Source: an uncultured Planctomycetia bacterium (GTDB lineage Bacteria; Planctomycetota; Planctomycetia; Pirellulales; PALSA-1355). From it: a stretch of 64,000 nt of DNA. Location of the stretch: positions 303,310 to 367,309 of the forward strand of contig CAVOTX010000007.1 in the NCBI GenBank assembly GCA_963699445.1, in the 5' to 3' direction. Within the stretch, counting starts at the first letter, position 1. Each line of letters begins with the position of its first letter. The translations under genes were made by a program, and so were the position numbers. Below, piece by piece: positions 25,301-33,080 of this stretch. The notes beneath the pieces were generated by a model. That model was not told where the DNA came from. It saw only the letters and a list, made by a program, of their open reading frames with translations, and searched no databases.

Positions 25301-28300
25301 CGATCGAGGGAGCTTATTTGTTCACGATCGTCGGGCAGGGATTCGATGGAGCGGACTTCCACTTCAACGACATCGAGTTGATTCCCGACCGGCGCGAATA
25401 TGCCCCCGGCCAGAAGGTTCAGTTGCAAGTCAACGCGAACCGTGCCGGCGGACTGGTGTTGCTCTTCGTCCGGCCCGCAAACGGCGTCTATCTGGCCCCG
25501 GACGTCCTGCACCTGGACGGCAAGAGTGCCGTCCGCGAGATCGACGTCGTCAAGAAGGACATGCCCAACATGTTCGTCGAAGCCGTGACGATTTCGGGCG
25601 GCCGGGTGTTCACCGAGGTCAAGGAAATCGTCGTGCCGCCAGAATCGCGGGTGCTGAATCTCGAAGTCATTCCTTCTGCCGAAACATACAAGCCGGGCCA
25701 AAAGGCGAAGGTCGGGCTCAAGTTGACCGATTCCGCGGGCAAGCCGTTCGTCGGCTCGACCGTCACGGCGATCTACGACAAGTCCTTGGAATACATCTCG
25801 GGCGGCTCGAACGTGCCGGAGATCAAGGCCTTTTTCTGGAAGTGGCGGCGTGCGCATCAGGCGCGCACCGAGACCAATCTCGACCGCTTCGCCGCCAACA
25901 TGCCGTTGGCCAATCAAACGCCGATGCAAAACCTGGGCGTGTTCGGCGAGATGGTGGCCGGCGAGCTCGACCAGTTGCAAAAACGCGCAAAAGGGGGCCC
26001 GCCCGGCGCCTTCGGCGGCAAGCCGGGGGCCCCGATGGCCGCCCGCGGTGCCGATCGCGCCGCCGGCCTGGGCGGTAACAACTTCGCGCGCCGCGATCAG
26101 CTCCAAGCCGAAGGCGTCGCCCAGGCCGCCAAGAGTGCGCCCGTGGTCGGATATGAAGCCGACGGACTGGTCGACGAGAAAAAGGCCATTGGCGGCGATC
26201 TACCGCCCGAAGCCGAGTTGGCGCAGCCCACCGTGCGCTCGAATTTCGCCGATACGGCCCTGTGGGTCGGCGCGCTGACGACCGACGACAACGGCCTGGC
26301 CGAGGTTTCGCTCGACATGCCGGAAAACCTCACCACCTGGAAAATCCGCACCTGGGGCATGGGGCACGGCACCAAGGTCGGCCAAGGCGAGGCTGAAGTA
26401 ATCACGCGCAAGGATCTGATCGTCCGCATGCAGGCACCGCGGTTCTTCGTCGAGAAGGACGAAGTCGTCCTCTCGGCCAACGTGCATAACTACCTGGCCA
26501 AGAAAAAGGCGGTCAAGGTCGTGCTCGACCTCGACGGCAAGCAACTCACGCCCATGACGCCCGCCGCACGTACGATCCAAGTGGCGGCTGAGGACGAAGC
26601 CCGGGTCGACTGGCGGGTGAAAGTGGCCGAAGAGGGCCAGGTCGTGATTCGCATGAAGGCGCTCACCGACGAGGAGTCGGACGCCCTGGAAATGAAGTTC
26701 CCGGTTTATGTCCACGGCATGCTGAAAACCGAAAGCTGGTCCGGCGCCATCCGGCCCGACAAGACTTCGGCCCAGATTTCCATCCGCGTGCCCGAGGAGC
26801 GGCGGATCAGCCAATCGCGGCTGGAGCTGCGTTATTCGCCCACCTTGGCCGGCGCGATGGTCGACGCCCTGCCCTACCTGGTCGATTATCCCTACGACTC
26901 GACCGATCAGACTCTCTGCCGCTTCTTGCCGACGGTGATCACCCAGAAAATCCTCTTGGACATGAAGCTGGACCTGAAGGCCATTCAGGACAAGCGCACG
27001 AATCTCAATGCCCAGGAAATTGGCGACGACGCCGAGCGGGCCAAAGGCTGGAAGCGCTACGATCGAAATCCGGTCTTCGACCAGGATGAGGTTCGCGAGA
27101 TGGTCAAGCGCGGCGTGCAGCGGCTGACCCAGATGCAGCTTTCCGACGGCGGCTGGGGCTGGTTCTCGGGCTGGGGCGAACGCTCCTGGCCGCACACCAC
27201 GGCGTTCGTCGTGCATGGGCTGCAACTAGCCGCTAAAAATGACGTGGCCCTGGTGCCGGGGGTACTCGAGCGGGGCGTCGCCTGGCTGACCAACTACCAA
27301 AATCAGCAAGTCCAGATGCTGAAAAACGCCGACGGCAAAGTCAATCCCTGGAAAGACCACGCCGACGCGCTCGACGCTTTCGTGTTCATGGTGCTCGTCG
27401 ACGCCGACGTCAAGAACGACGAGATGCGCGACTTCTTATACCGCGACCGCACCAAGGTCCCGGTCTACGGCAAAGCCATGTTCGGCCTGGCCCTGCACAA
27501 GCTGGGCGATCAGCCCAAGCTCGACATGATCCTGCAAAACATCAGCCAGTTCGTCGTCCAGGACGACGAAAACCAGACCGCGTATCTCAAGCTGCCGGAA
27601 GATAATTACTGGTGGCACTGGTACGGCAGCGACGTCGAGGCCGATGCCTATTACCTCAAGCTGCTGGCCCGCACCGATCCGAAGGGCGAAGTCGCCTCGC
27701 GGTTGGTCAAATACCTGCTCAACAACCGCAAGCACGCCACCTGGTGGAATTCTACCCGCGACACGGCCGTGGCCATCGAAGCCCTGGCCGAATTCCTCCG
27801 CGCCAGCGGCGAGGACAAGCCCGACCTGGCGATCGAAATCTGGCTCGACGGCCAGAAGCGCAAGGAGGTCAAGGTGACCAGCGAAAACTTGTTCACGTTC
27901 GACAACAAGTTCGTGCTCGAAGGCGATGCCGTCGACTCCGGCGTCCACCAGGTCGAGTTCCGCAAGCAAGGGCAAGGCCCGCTTTACTTCAACGCTTACC
28001 TGACCAATTTCACGCTCGAGGATTACATCACCAAGGCCGGCCTGGAAATCAAGGTGAACCGCAAGTACTACAAGCTCACGAAGGCCGACAAGAAGATCAA
28101 GGTCGCCGGTTCACGTGGGCAGGTCGTCGACCAGAAGGTCGAGAAATACGTGCGGCAGGAGTTGCCGAACCTGGCCACGCTGACCAGCGGCGACCTGGTC
28201 GAAATCGAGCTGGAGATCGACAGCAAGAACGACTACGAGTACATCATGTTCGAGGACATGAAAGCGGCCGGCTTCGAGCCGGTCGACTTGCAGAGCGGTT

Positions 28301-28575
28301 ACAACAACAACTCGCTCGGCGCCTACATGGAACTGCGCGACAACCGCGTGACGTTCTTCGTTCGCGGCTTGGCACGCGGCAAGAACAGCGTCTCGTACCG
28401 CATGCGGGCCGAAATACCCGGCAAGTTCAGCGCCCTGCCCACGCGCGGCTCGGCAGTCTACGCGCCGGAGTTAAAGGCAAACTCGGACGAACTCAAACTC
28501 AAGATCGTCGATGCCGAAGCGCCGCGGCGAAAAAGTGAGCCCGACGAGCGGTTTGCAGGCGTCTCCGTTCGGTGA
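22339..28575 (+). CDS. alpha-2-macroglobulin family protein (2078 aa), thioester motif absent
   Basis: Signal peptide, a ~480-aa helical N-terminal region, MG-type domains (FTITDRPVYRPQQKVKFKFWV; FRVEEYKKPEFEV), the A2M bait/receptor region (RSNFADTALWVG..ENLTTWKIRTWGM), and YPYDSTDQTLCRFLP where thioester-containing homologues have GCxEQ. The frame is intact throughout. Confidence 0.9.
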   Translation: MHKGLAVLIGISAFLAALGLAESADPPVTRDELQKTFKAGNFKDAYEGLRRLALDPQDDPRLVGEDLKLAVQALRNLGRVAEVDDFREEVIKVHEKNWRLLDAAAESIFTVENHGYIVAGKFYRGNHRGGGKLVNAFERDRIRSLQLMVQAKDLAIKDDQKDEVAKFFIGFAQMFMGNRGYAEAWRLQYLSDLAELPDYQDGWYYGQGPSGAPVDAAGKPVFYHSPKSFDEAVSDGERWRWCLSRAAEISPGRLNETRKLRADFLHQQFGVQTMAHYGWYFGRSDGADDDTKKNESGTYDLHTLGEDETIAQLATGIKHFKLPDEFNFIKIYLQIADDPKTGNGPEALDTLAQIFENRRQYDRAAEFWRRAIKEYGPGNNNYRQQRLDQIVSNWGRFEGVMTQPAGQGATIDFRFRNGRKVQFEAHAIRVDKLLADVKSYLKAKPSPVDWQKINLGDIGYRLVIQNQQEYVGDKVAAWDLNLEPRERHFDKRITVTTPLQQAGAYLLVAKMADGNVSNVVVWLADTAIIKKPMVNKTFYYVGDAVSGQPVPHANVEFFGYQNKFVGNNNWQVDTLDFADFTNDQGEVMPDHNQQPVDHQWIITARTDEGRFAFLGFTNVWNGQGYELEYNQTKVFTITDRPVYRPQQKVKFKFWVRHAQYDQEDTSSFAGHDFNVEIFNPKREKILAKDFKADDYGGFEGELDLPDEAVLGVYQIYIPKMGGGSFRVEEYKKPEFEVTVEAPKKPVALGEKITAKIKAKYYFGAPVVKAKVKYKVLRTSYSSHWYPKGRWDWFYGPGYWWFACDYDWYPGWGNWGCRRPTPWWWWGQAQQPPELVSEREVEIGADGTVQVVIDTAMAKEVHPDQDQQYQITAEVVDQSRRTIVGSGSVLAARRPFKVFVWLNRGYYRTGDAIQAQFKAQTLDQKPVEGTGTLKLLAIRYDKDNKPVEKTVQQWKLDTNSEGEARQQIKAAAPGQYRLSYSLVDKEKHTIEGAYLFTIVGQGFDGADFHFNDIELIPDRREYAPGQKVQLQVNANRAGGLVLLFVRPANGVYLAPDVLHLDGKSAVREIDVVKKDMPNMFVEAVTISGGRVFTEVKEIVVPPESRVLNLEVIPSAETYKPGQKAKVGLKLTDSAGKPFVGSTVTAIYDKSLEYISGGSNVPEIKAFFWKWRRAHQARTETNLDRFAANMPLANQTPMQNLGVFGEMVAGELDQLQKRAKGGPPGAFGGKPGAPMAARGADRAAGLGGNNFARRDQLQAEGVAQAAKSAPVVGYEADGLVDEKKAIGGDLPPEAELAQPTVRSNFADTALWVGALTTDDNGLAEVSLDMPENLTTWKIRTWGMGHGTKVGQGEAEVITRKDLIVRMQAPRFFVEKDEVVLSANVHNYLAKKKAVKVVLDLDGKQLTPMTPAARTIQVAAEDEARVDWRVKVAEEGQVVIRMKALTDEESDALEMKFPVYVHGMLKTESWSGAIRPDKTSAQISIRVPEERRISQSRLELRYSPTLAGAMVDALPYLVDYPYDSTDQTLCRFLPTVITQKILLDMKLDLKAIQDKRTNLNAQEIGDDAERAKGWKRYDRNPVFDQDEVREMVKRGVQRLTQMQLSDGGWGWFSGWGERSWPHTTAFVVHGLQLAAKNDVALVPGVLERGVAWLTNYQNQQVQMLKNADGKVNPWKDHADALDAFVFMVLVDADVKNDEMRDFLYRDRTKVPVYGKAMFGLALHKLGDQPKLDMILQNISQFVVQDDENQTAYLKLPEDNYWWHWYGSDVEADAYYLKLLARTDPKGEVASRLVKYLLNNRKHATWWNSTRDTAVAIEALAEFLRASGEDKPDLAIEIWLDGQKRKEVKVTSENLFTFDNKFVLEGDAVDSGVHQVEFRKQGQGPLYFNAYLTNFTLEDYITKAGLEIKVNRKYYKLTKADKKIKVAGSRGQVVDQKVEKYVRQELPNLATLTSGDLVEIELEIDSKNDYEYIMFEDMKAAGFEPVDLQSGYNNNSLGAYMELRDNRVTFFVRGLARGKNSVSYRMRAEIPGKFSALPTRGSAVYAPELKANSDELKLKIVDAEAPRRKSEPDERFAGVSVR

Positions 28576-28584
28576 GAGGCCGGC

Positions 28585-28953
28585 CTAGCGTGCTCCGCCC
28601 CAACCTTGCAGCGAGCGCACTCCGCCGAACGCCGGTAGCGGTCCCACCTGGATGAATGCCTTTTTCGAAGTGGCGTAAGGGGGCGGGGCGTAGTTGCCGT
28701 ACTGCGGAATGTTGTACCACGAGTTGTTCCGATTCCAGCCGCTGCCGGAATTGCCCGAGTTGAATCCGTTGCCGGTCCCGGTCGGGCCGGGGGCCGCGCT
28801 ACGGCCGGTATTGGTCTGGGCCGGGGCTCGATAATTGCCCCGCCAGCGCCCGGCGGCCGCCGGGCTGGCCAATGCGCTGCCAATCGTCAAAGCCAGGACC
28901 GCACAGGCCATGGCCCGCGGGAAGGATCGCGGAGGTTGAAATGATCGGTTCAT
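28585..28953 (-). CDS. small secreted Gly/Asn-rich hypothetical protein
   Basis: From the ATG at 28953: MNRSFQPPRSFPRAMACAVLALTIGSALASPAAA (signal peptide), then a G/N/S/P-rich sequence. No family recognised. Confidence 0.4.
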   Translation of the reverse strand: MNRSFQPPRSFPRAMACAVLALTIGSALASPAAAGRWRGNYRAPAQTNTGRSAAPGPTGTGNGFNSGNSGSGWNRNNSWYNIPQYGNYAPPPYATSKKAFIQVGPLPAFGGVRSLQGWGGAR

Positions 28954-29326
28954 GGAAAGCATCCCTTTCGTCTGGAAAACAAACCTTGCCGTGTCGCCCC
29001 AAAGCATTGAGCGTAAAGGCTCGCCAATTGTTACACGGCGGTTCGGTCAGTCCGCCAACTCCATTATAGGCGACCGGAACGTGGGCAGACGAAAAAATTC
29101 GTGTCCTGGGTCAAGCGGGATAAAAGTCGCCTGCGGTGAATACGAACCGGCCGAAAAGCTGGGCAGGAACGGCCATTGCCGCCCCGTTGCAGCACGAAGC
29201 GAATCACCAAACGCTGCCTGAAGTCAGGTCGGATTTGACGGCGTTGACCGAACTGCGCTTCTTACGGCATGAAGTCAGTCGCCGAATTTGGGTGTGGAGG
29301 CCCGAGCGGCGCGGCTCTCCGCAGAA

Positions 29327-29354
29327 TTGACGCGATATCAATAAATGCTATCAT
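29327..29354 (+). promoter_or_regulatory. candidate promoter (and possible HicB operator) for hicAB
   Basis: TTGACG (29327-29332), 16-nt spacer, TATCAT (29349-29354), only 6 nt before the hicA ATG. The inverted pentamers TCAAT..ATTGA bracket the -10. Confidence 0.4.
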
Positions 29355-29360
29355 TGAGGG

Positions 29361-29612
29361 ATGGGCAAGCACGACAAGACGCTCGCTGCGATCTTTGCCG
29401 ATCCAGTTCGGGCAGGCGTGCGATGGGCCGACGTGGAAGCGTTATTCGAGCATTTGGGTGCGGCGATTGAGAAACGAGGCGGCTCCCGAGTGCATGTAAC
29501 GCTGAACGGCGTGGATGCCAGTTTTCACCGGCCTCATCCAACTCCCAATACGGACAAAGGGGCGATCAAGTCGGTTCGTCGGTTCCTCAGTGAAGCGGGG
29601 GTTACGCCATGA
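29361..29612 (+). CDS. hicA: HicA-family type II toxin
   Basis: 83 aa: DKTLAAIFADPVRAGVRWADVEALFEHLGAAIEKRGGSRVHVTLNGVDASFHRPHP..KGAIKSVRRFLSEAGV. Its 4-bp ATGA overlaps the downstream HicB-like gene. Confidence 0.7.
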   Translation: MGKHDKTLAAIFADPVRAGVRWADVEALFEHLGAAIEKRGGSRVHVTLNGVDASFHRPHPTPNTDKGAIKSVRRFLSEAGVTP

Positions 29613-29983
29613 CAGGTCATTTCATCACGGGAGCCTACAAAGGCTATCTGGGCCGTGCCGAGTACGACGCCGATGACGACTCACTCCACGGTGAATTACT
29701 GGGAATCCGAGATGTCATCACGTTTTCCAGCAAAGCGCCCAAGGGCCTGCAAGAGGCGTTTGAGGATTCGGTGGACGATTACCTGGCGTGGTGCAAGAGG
29801 CGAGGCAAGGAGCCGACCAAACCGTTCTCGGGGACCTTCTTGATTCGGGCCACTTCTGAACTGCACCGTGGTTTGAACGTGCGTGCCCAAGCCGAGGGCA
29901 AAAGCCTGAACGCTCTGGTGGTGGAACATCTGGAAGGACTTGTCGAGATTCCACACCGTAGAAGTCGGCGGCAAGCAGTGTGA
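29609..29983 (+). CDS. hicB: HicB-family antitoxin with a C-terminal ribbon-helix-helix
   Basis: YKGYLGRAEYDADDDSLHGELLGIRDVITFSSK..FEDSVDDYLAWCKRRGKEPTKPFSGTFLIRATSELHRGLNVRAQAEGKSLNALVVEHL. Confidence 0.8.
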   Translation: MTGHFITGAYKGYLGRAEYDADDDSLHGELLGIRDVITFSSKAPKGLQEAFEDSVDDYLAWCKRRGKEPTKPFSGTFLIRATSELHRGLNVRAQAEGKSLNALVVEHLEGLVEIPHRRSRRQAV

Positions 29984-30154
29984 AGCGGCAAGAAATGGCT
30001 TGCCCCTGAAGGAAGAGAGGTTGCGTGCGCTCAGCGCGGCGCAATATTTGCGATTGGCCCAATCGTACGTCGTGTGATGGACAGCTAAAGCAGGACCCCA
30101 GCGCCCGTCACGACCGAGTCGTCCGGGCGCCGGTCCGTGGTGAGCTTGAATGAT

Positions 30155-30193
30155 GAAAAAACCCGTGTCCTGCGCGAGCCAGGCACACGGGTT
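30155..30193 (-). terminator. intrinsic terminator after the IscA/HesB gene
   Basis: The minus strand reads ACCCGTGTGCCTGG-ctcgcg-CAGGACACGGGT (one bulge), followed by TTTTTT. Confidence 0.6.
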
Positions 30194-30268
30194 GATCGGT
30201 TTTTCAGCTTTTTGGCGAGCGTGCCCACCCTTTGCGCGGCACGCCCCGTGCGTTCAGGCCCCGTGCGG

Positions 30269-30601
30269 TCAGGCTTGGAACGAGCTGCCGCAGCCGCATG
30301 TCTTGACGGCGTTTGGATTATCGAACGTGAAGCCGCGCTTCTCCAAGCCGTCGTAAAAGTCGACCGTGGTGCCGTCGAGGTACAGCGCGCTCTTCTTGTC
30401 GACAACGACCGTAATGCCGTGCTGGTCGCTTTTGGCATCGGTTTTTTCGTCATAGGCCTTGTCGAAACCCAAGGCGTAGGAAAAACCGCTGCAGCCCCCG
30501 CCGTTCACGCCCACGCGGAGCAGCGTTTCCGGCCCGTAGCTCTGCTCTTGCATGATTCGCTTGACTTCGCCGGCGGCTTTTTCGCTAAGAATGATGCCCA
30601 T
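30269..30601 (-). CDS. HesB/IscA/ErpA-family iron-sulfur cluster insertion protein
   Basis: 110 aa: [20 protein letters not shown] ... [14 protein letters not shown] (conserved C-x(n)-CGC ligands). Confidence 0.9.
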   Translation of the reverse strand: MGIILSEKAAGEVKRIMQEQSYGPETLLRVGVNGGGCSGFSYALGFDKAYDEKTDAKSDQHGITVVVDKKSALYLDGTTVDFYDGLEKRGFTFDNPNAVKTCGCGSSFQA

Positions 30602-30762
30602 GTGCAGTTTCCCTAAGAGAATCGGATTTTTCGCAACCCGGTGTGTCTAAAACCCACTGTGTCTAAATTATACGATGCTTTGGCGAAAGGAAAGGCGGTT
30701 TCGCCACAATCGGGGTTTAGGGCCTAAAATCCTCGCGGTCGGACCACCGGCTATTGGCTCCC

Positions 30763-32015
30763 TCAGGCCATGCTGCTCAGCTTTCGCAGCCGGCCCACGG
30801 CCGCCGCGACGGACGAAATGGCAAATTCGACCTCCGCGGCCGTGTTGAACCGTCCCAGCCCGAATCGCAGGCTGCTGCGCGTGGCGTCCTCGCTCAGGCC
30901 CAGGGCCCGCAGCACGTGACTGGGCTCGGGGTTGGCCGACGTACAGGCGCTGCCCGAGCTGACCGCCAGATCCTTGATGTTCATGATCAGCGCCTCGCCG
31001 TCGACGTAGGCAAAGCTGACGTTCAGGTTGCCCGCCAGGCGCAAGGGCGTCCCGTCCGGCGCCGCCAGATCGACGCCGGGCCGTTGAGCATGACATCGTC
31101 GAGCGCTTCGGTCAGGCCCTGGAACAAGCGATTTCTCAGTCCGGCCAGCCGCTCCTGCTCGGGCGTCATTTCCGCCAGGCACAGTTCCAGGGCTTTGGCA
31201 AAGCCGACAATGCCCGGCACGTTGAGCGTGCCGCTGCGCAGGCCGTGCTCGTGGCCGCCGCCGGCGATCTGGGCATCCAGCCGCACGTGCGGCTGGCTGC
31301 GGCGGACATACAACGCGCCGACCCCCTTGGGGCCATAAATCTTGTGCGCGCTGAAGCTGGCCAGGTCGACGCCGAGCTGCGCAACATCGATCGGCAGTTT
31401 GCCCAAGGCTTGCGTGGCATCGCAGTGCAGCAGCACCCCGCGCTGGCGGCAGATCCGACCGATTTCGGCCAGCGGCTGCACAACGCCGATCTCGTTGTTG
31501 GCCAGCATCACCGAAACCAGCAGCGTGTCGTCGCGAATCGCCGCGGCCAGGGCTTCCGGGTCCAGGCTTCCGGCCCGCGCGCTGGCCGCCGGCTCGACAC
31601 CCAGCACCGTCACTTCGCAGCCGTGCCGGCCGAGCCGCTCGATGGGATCGAGCACGGCTTTGTGTTCGGTCGCCACGGTGATCAGGTGGCTGCCCCGCCG
31701 CCGGCTGCGTTCGGCCACGCCGCGAATGGCCAGGTTGTTGCTTTCGGTCGCGCCGCTGGTGAACACGATCTCGCGCGGGCTGACGCCGATGGCGGCGGCA
31801 ATCTGCTGCCTGGCCGCGTCGACGGCCTCCTTGGCCTGCCAGCCGAACGCGTGGGTCGTGCTGGCAGCGTTGCCATACTCTTGGCTGAAATAGGGAAGCA
31901 TCGCTTCGACCACCCGGGGGTCGACACGCGTCGTGGCCTGGTTGTCGAGATAAATCGGCACGGGCGGCCGGGGATCGGGTCGCGGGGCCGAGTTTGCGGG
32001 GTTGGCGGCACACAT
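30763..32015 (-). pseudogene. class V aminotransferase cysteine desulfurase (NifS/IscS type), one frame break near 31075
   Basis: [87 protein letters not shown]. The next frame continues [44 protein letters not shown]. Confidence 0.85.
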
Positions 32016-32310
32016 GGGGCGAGGCGGGCAGTGTCAGCCGCCGGAAAATGCGATAATAAAAGGCGATCCGTACGAAGCTTTGGCCGGAGGCAAAGCGTTT
32101 TGCGCCCGGCGATCGCCGAACTGTTGCTATGCCAAATAATTATAGACTCGCGAGCCCCACCCGCTCAGAGGCAAAATTGGGGCCCGGACTGGCGGCCGGC
32201 CAACCGCCTGCGGACGATCCTTCGAAAAATTTGCCGCTTTCGCCCTAATGAATCGGCCGCCGAAGCGTCAATAAGGATGAGGCCACTCGTGAACGAGGCT
32301 CGCCCGTAGA

Positions 32311-32832
32311 ATGCTGGAAAACGGATCGTCGCCAAACTCCGATTGGGTGGCTTCCGCGGCCGATCGCTTCGAAGGCCCGCTGCTGCGCTACGTGCGGCGG
32401 ATCACCGGCGATCTGGAGACCGCCCGCGACGTGGTGCAAGAGGCGTTCCTGCGGCTGTGCCGCGAGGAGCCGGCCAAGGTCGATGGACACCTGGCCCAGT
32501 GGCTGTTCACGGTTTGCCGCCGCCGGGCGCTGGATGTGCTCAAGAAGGAGTCGCGCATGAAAAACTCGACGGGCGCCGTGGTCTTGGATCGTCCGGCCAG
32601 CGGTTCGGTTGGCGAGGCGGCCGAACGGCAGGAAACGACCAGCCGGATCCTCGAACTGCTCGACCGGCTGCCGGCCAACCAGCAGGAAGTCGTGCGGCTG
32701 AAATTCCAGGCCGGCCTCAGCTATCGCGAAATCAGCAACGTCACGGGCTTATCCGTAACGAACGTCGGCTACTTGATCCACACAGCCATTCAAACGCTTC
32801 GCAGCATCCTGGTGCCGAGCGTTTCCACGTAG
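32311..32832 (+). CDS. ECF-type RNA polymerase sigma-70 family factor
   Basis: Region 2 (DVVQEAFLRLCREE..WLFTVCRRRALDVLKKE) and region 4 (LPANQQEVVRLKFQAGLSYREISNVTGLSVTNVGYLIHTAIQTLR). Confidence 0.85.
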   Translation: MLENGSSPNSDWVASAADRFEGPLLRYVRRITGDLETARDVVQEAFLRLCREEPAKVDGHLAQWLFTVCRRRALDVLKKESRMKNSTGAVVLDRPASGSVGEAAERQETTSRILELLDRLPANQQEVVRLKFQAGLSYREISNVTGLSVTNVGYLIHTAIQTLRSILVPSVST

Positions 32833-32863
32833 AAGCGAACCATCGCCACAGCAACATCAACTC

Positions 32864-33001
32864 CAGCGAGCCGTGGGGTTTACCCCCACGGTGTACTCCC
32901 TGGAACGCGGGTCGAAACAAACCGGCCACCGAGACCAATCAACGAAACCGAGTCAGACGACCACAGCCACACACCGTGGGGATAAACCCCACGGCTCGCT
33001 G
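32864..33001. repeat. inverted pair of 31-nt REP-like hairpin units with a 76-bp spacer (MITE-like)
   Basis: 32864-32894 (CAGCGAGCCGTGGGGTTTACCCCCACGGTGT) matches the reverse complement of 32971-33001 with 1 mismatch in 31. Each unit is itself an 8-bp hairpin. The pair sits between the sigma and anti-sigma genes. Confidence 0.7.
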
Positions 33002-33080
33002 TGCAACCCGACTGCCCAATTGCGCGTTTCCTTAAAACATGATTCAGCCGGCCAACGTCCGGCGTGCGGAGGAATTTGCC

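Noticed and set aside
24135-26078. 647-aa plus-strand ORF in another frame of the A2M gene
   Set aside because: It is an extremely Arg/Gly/Pro-rich alternative frame that lies fully inside the motif-bearing frame.
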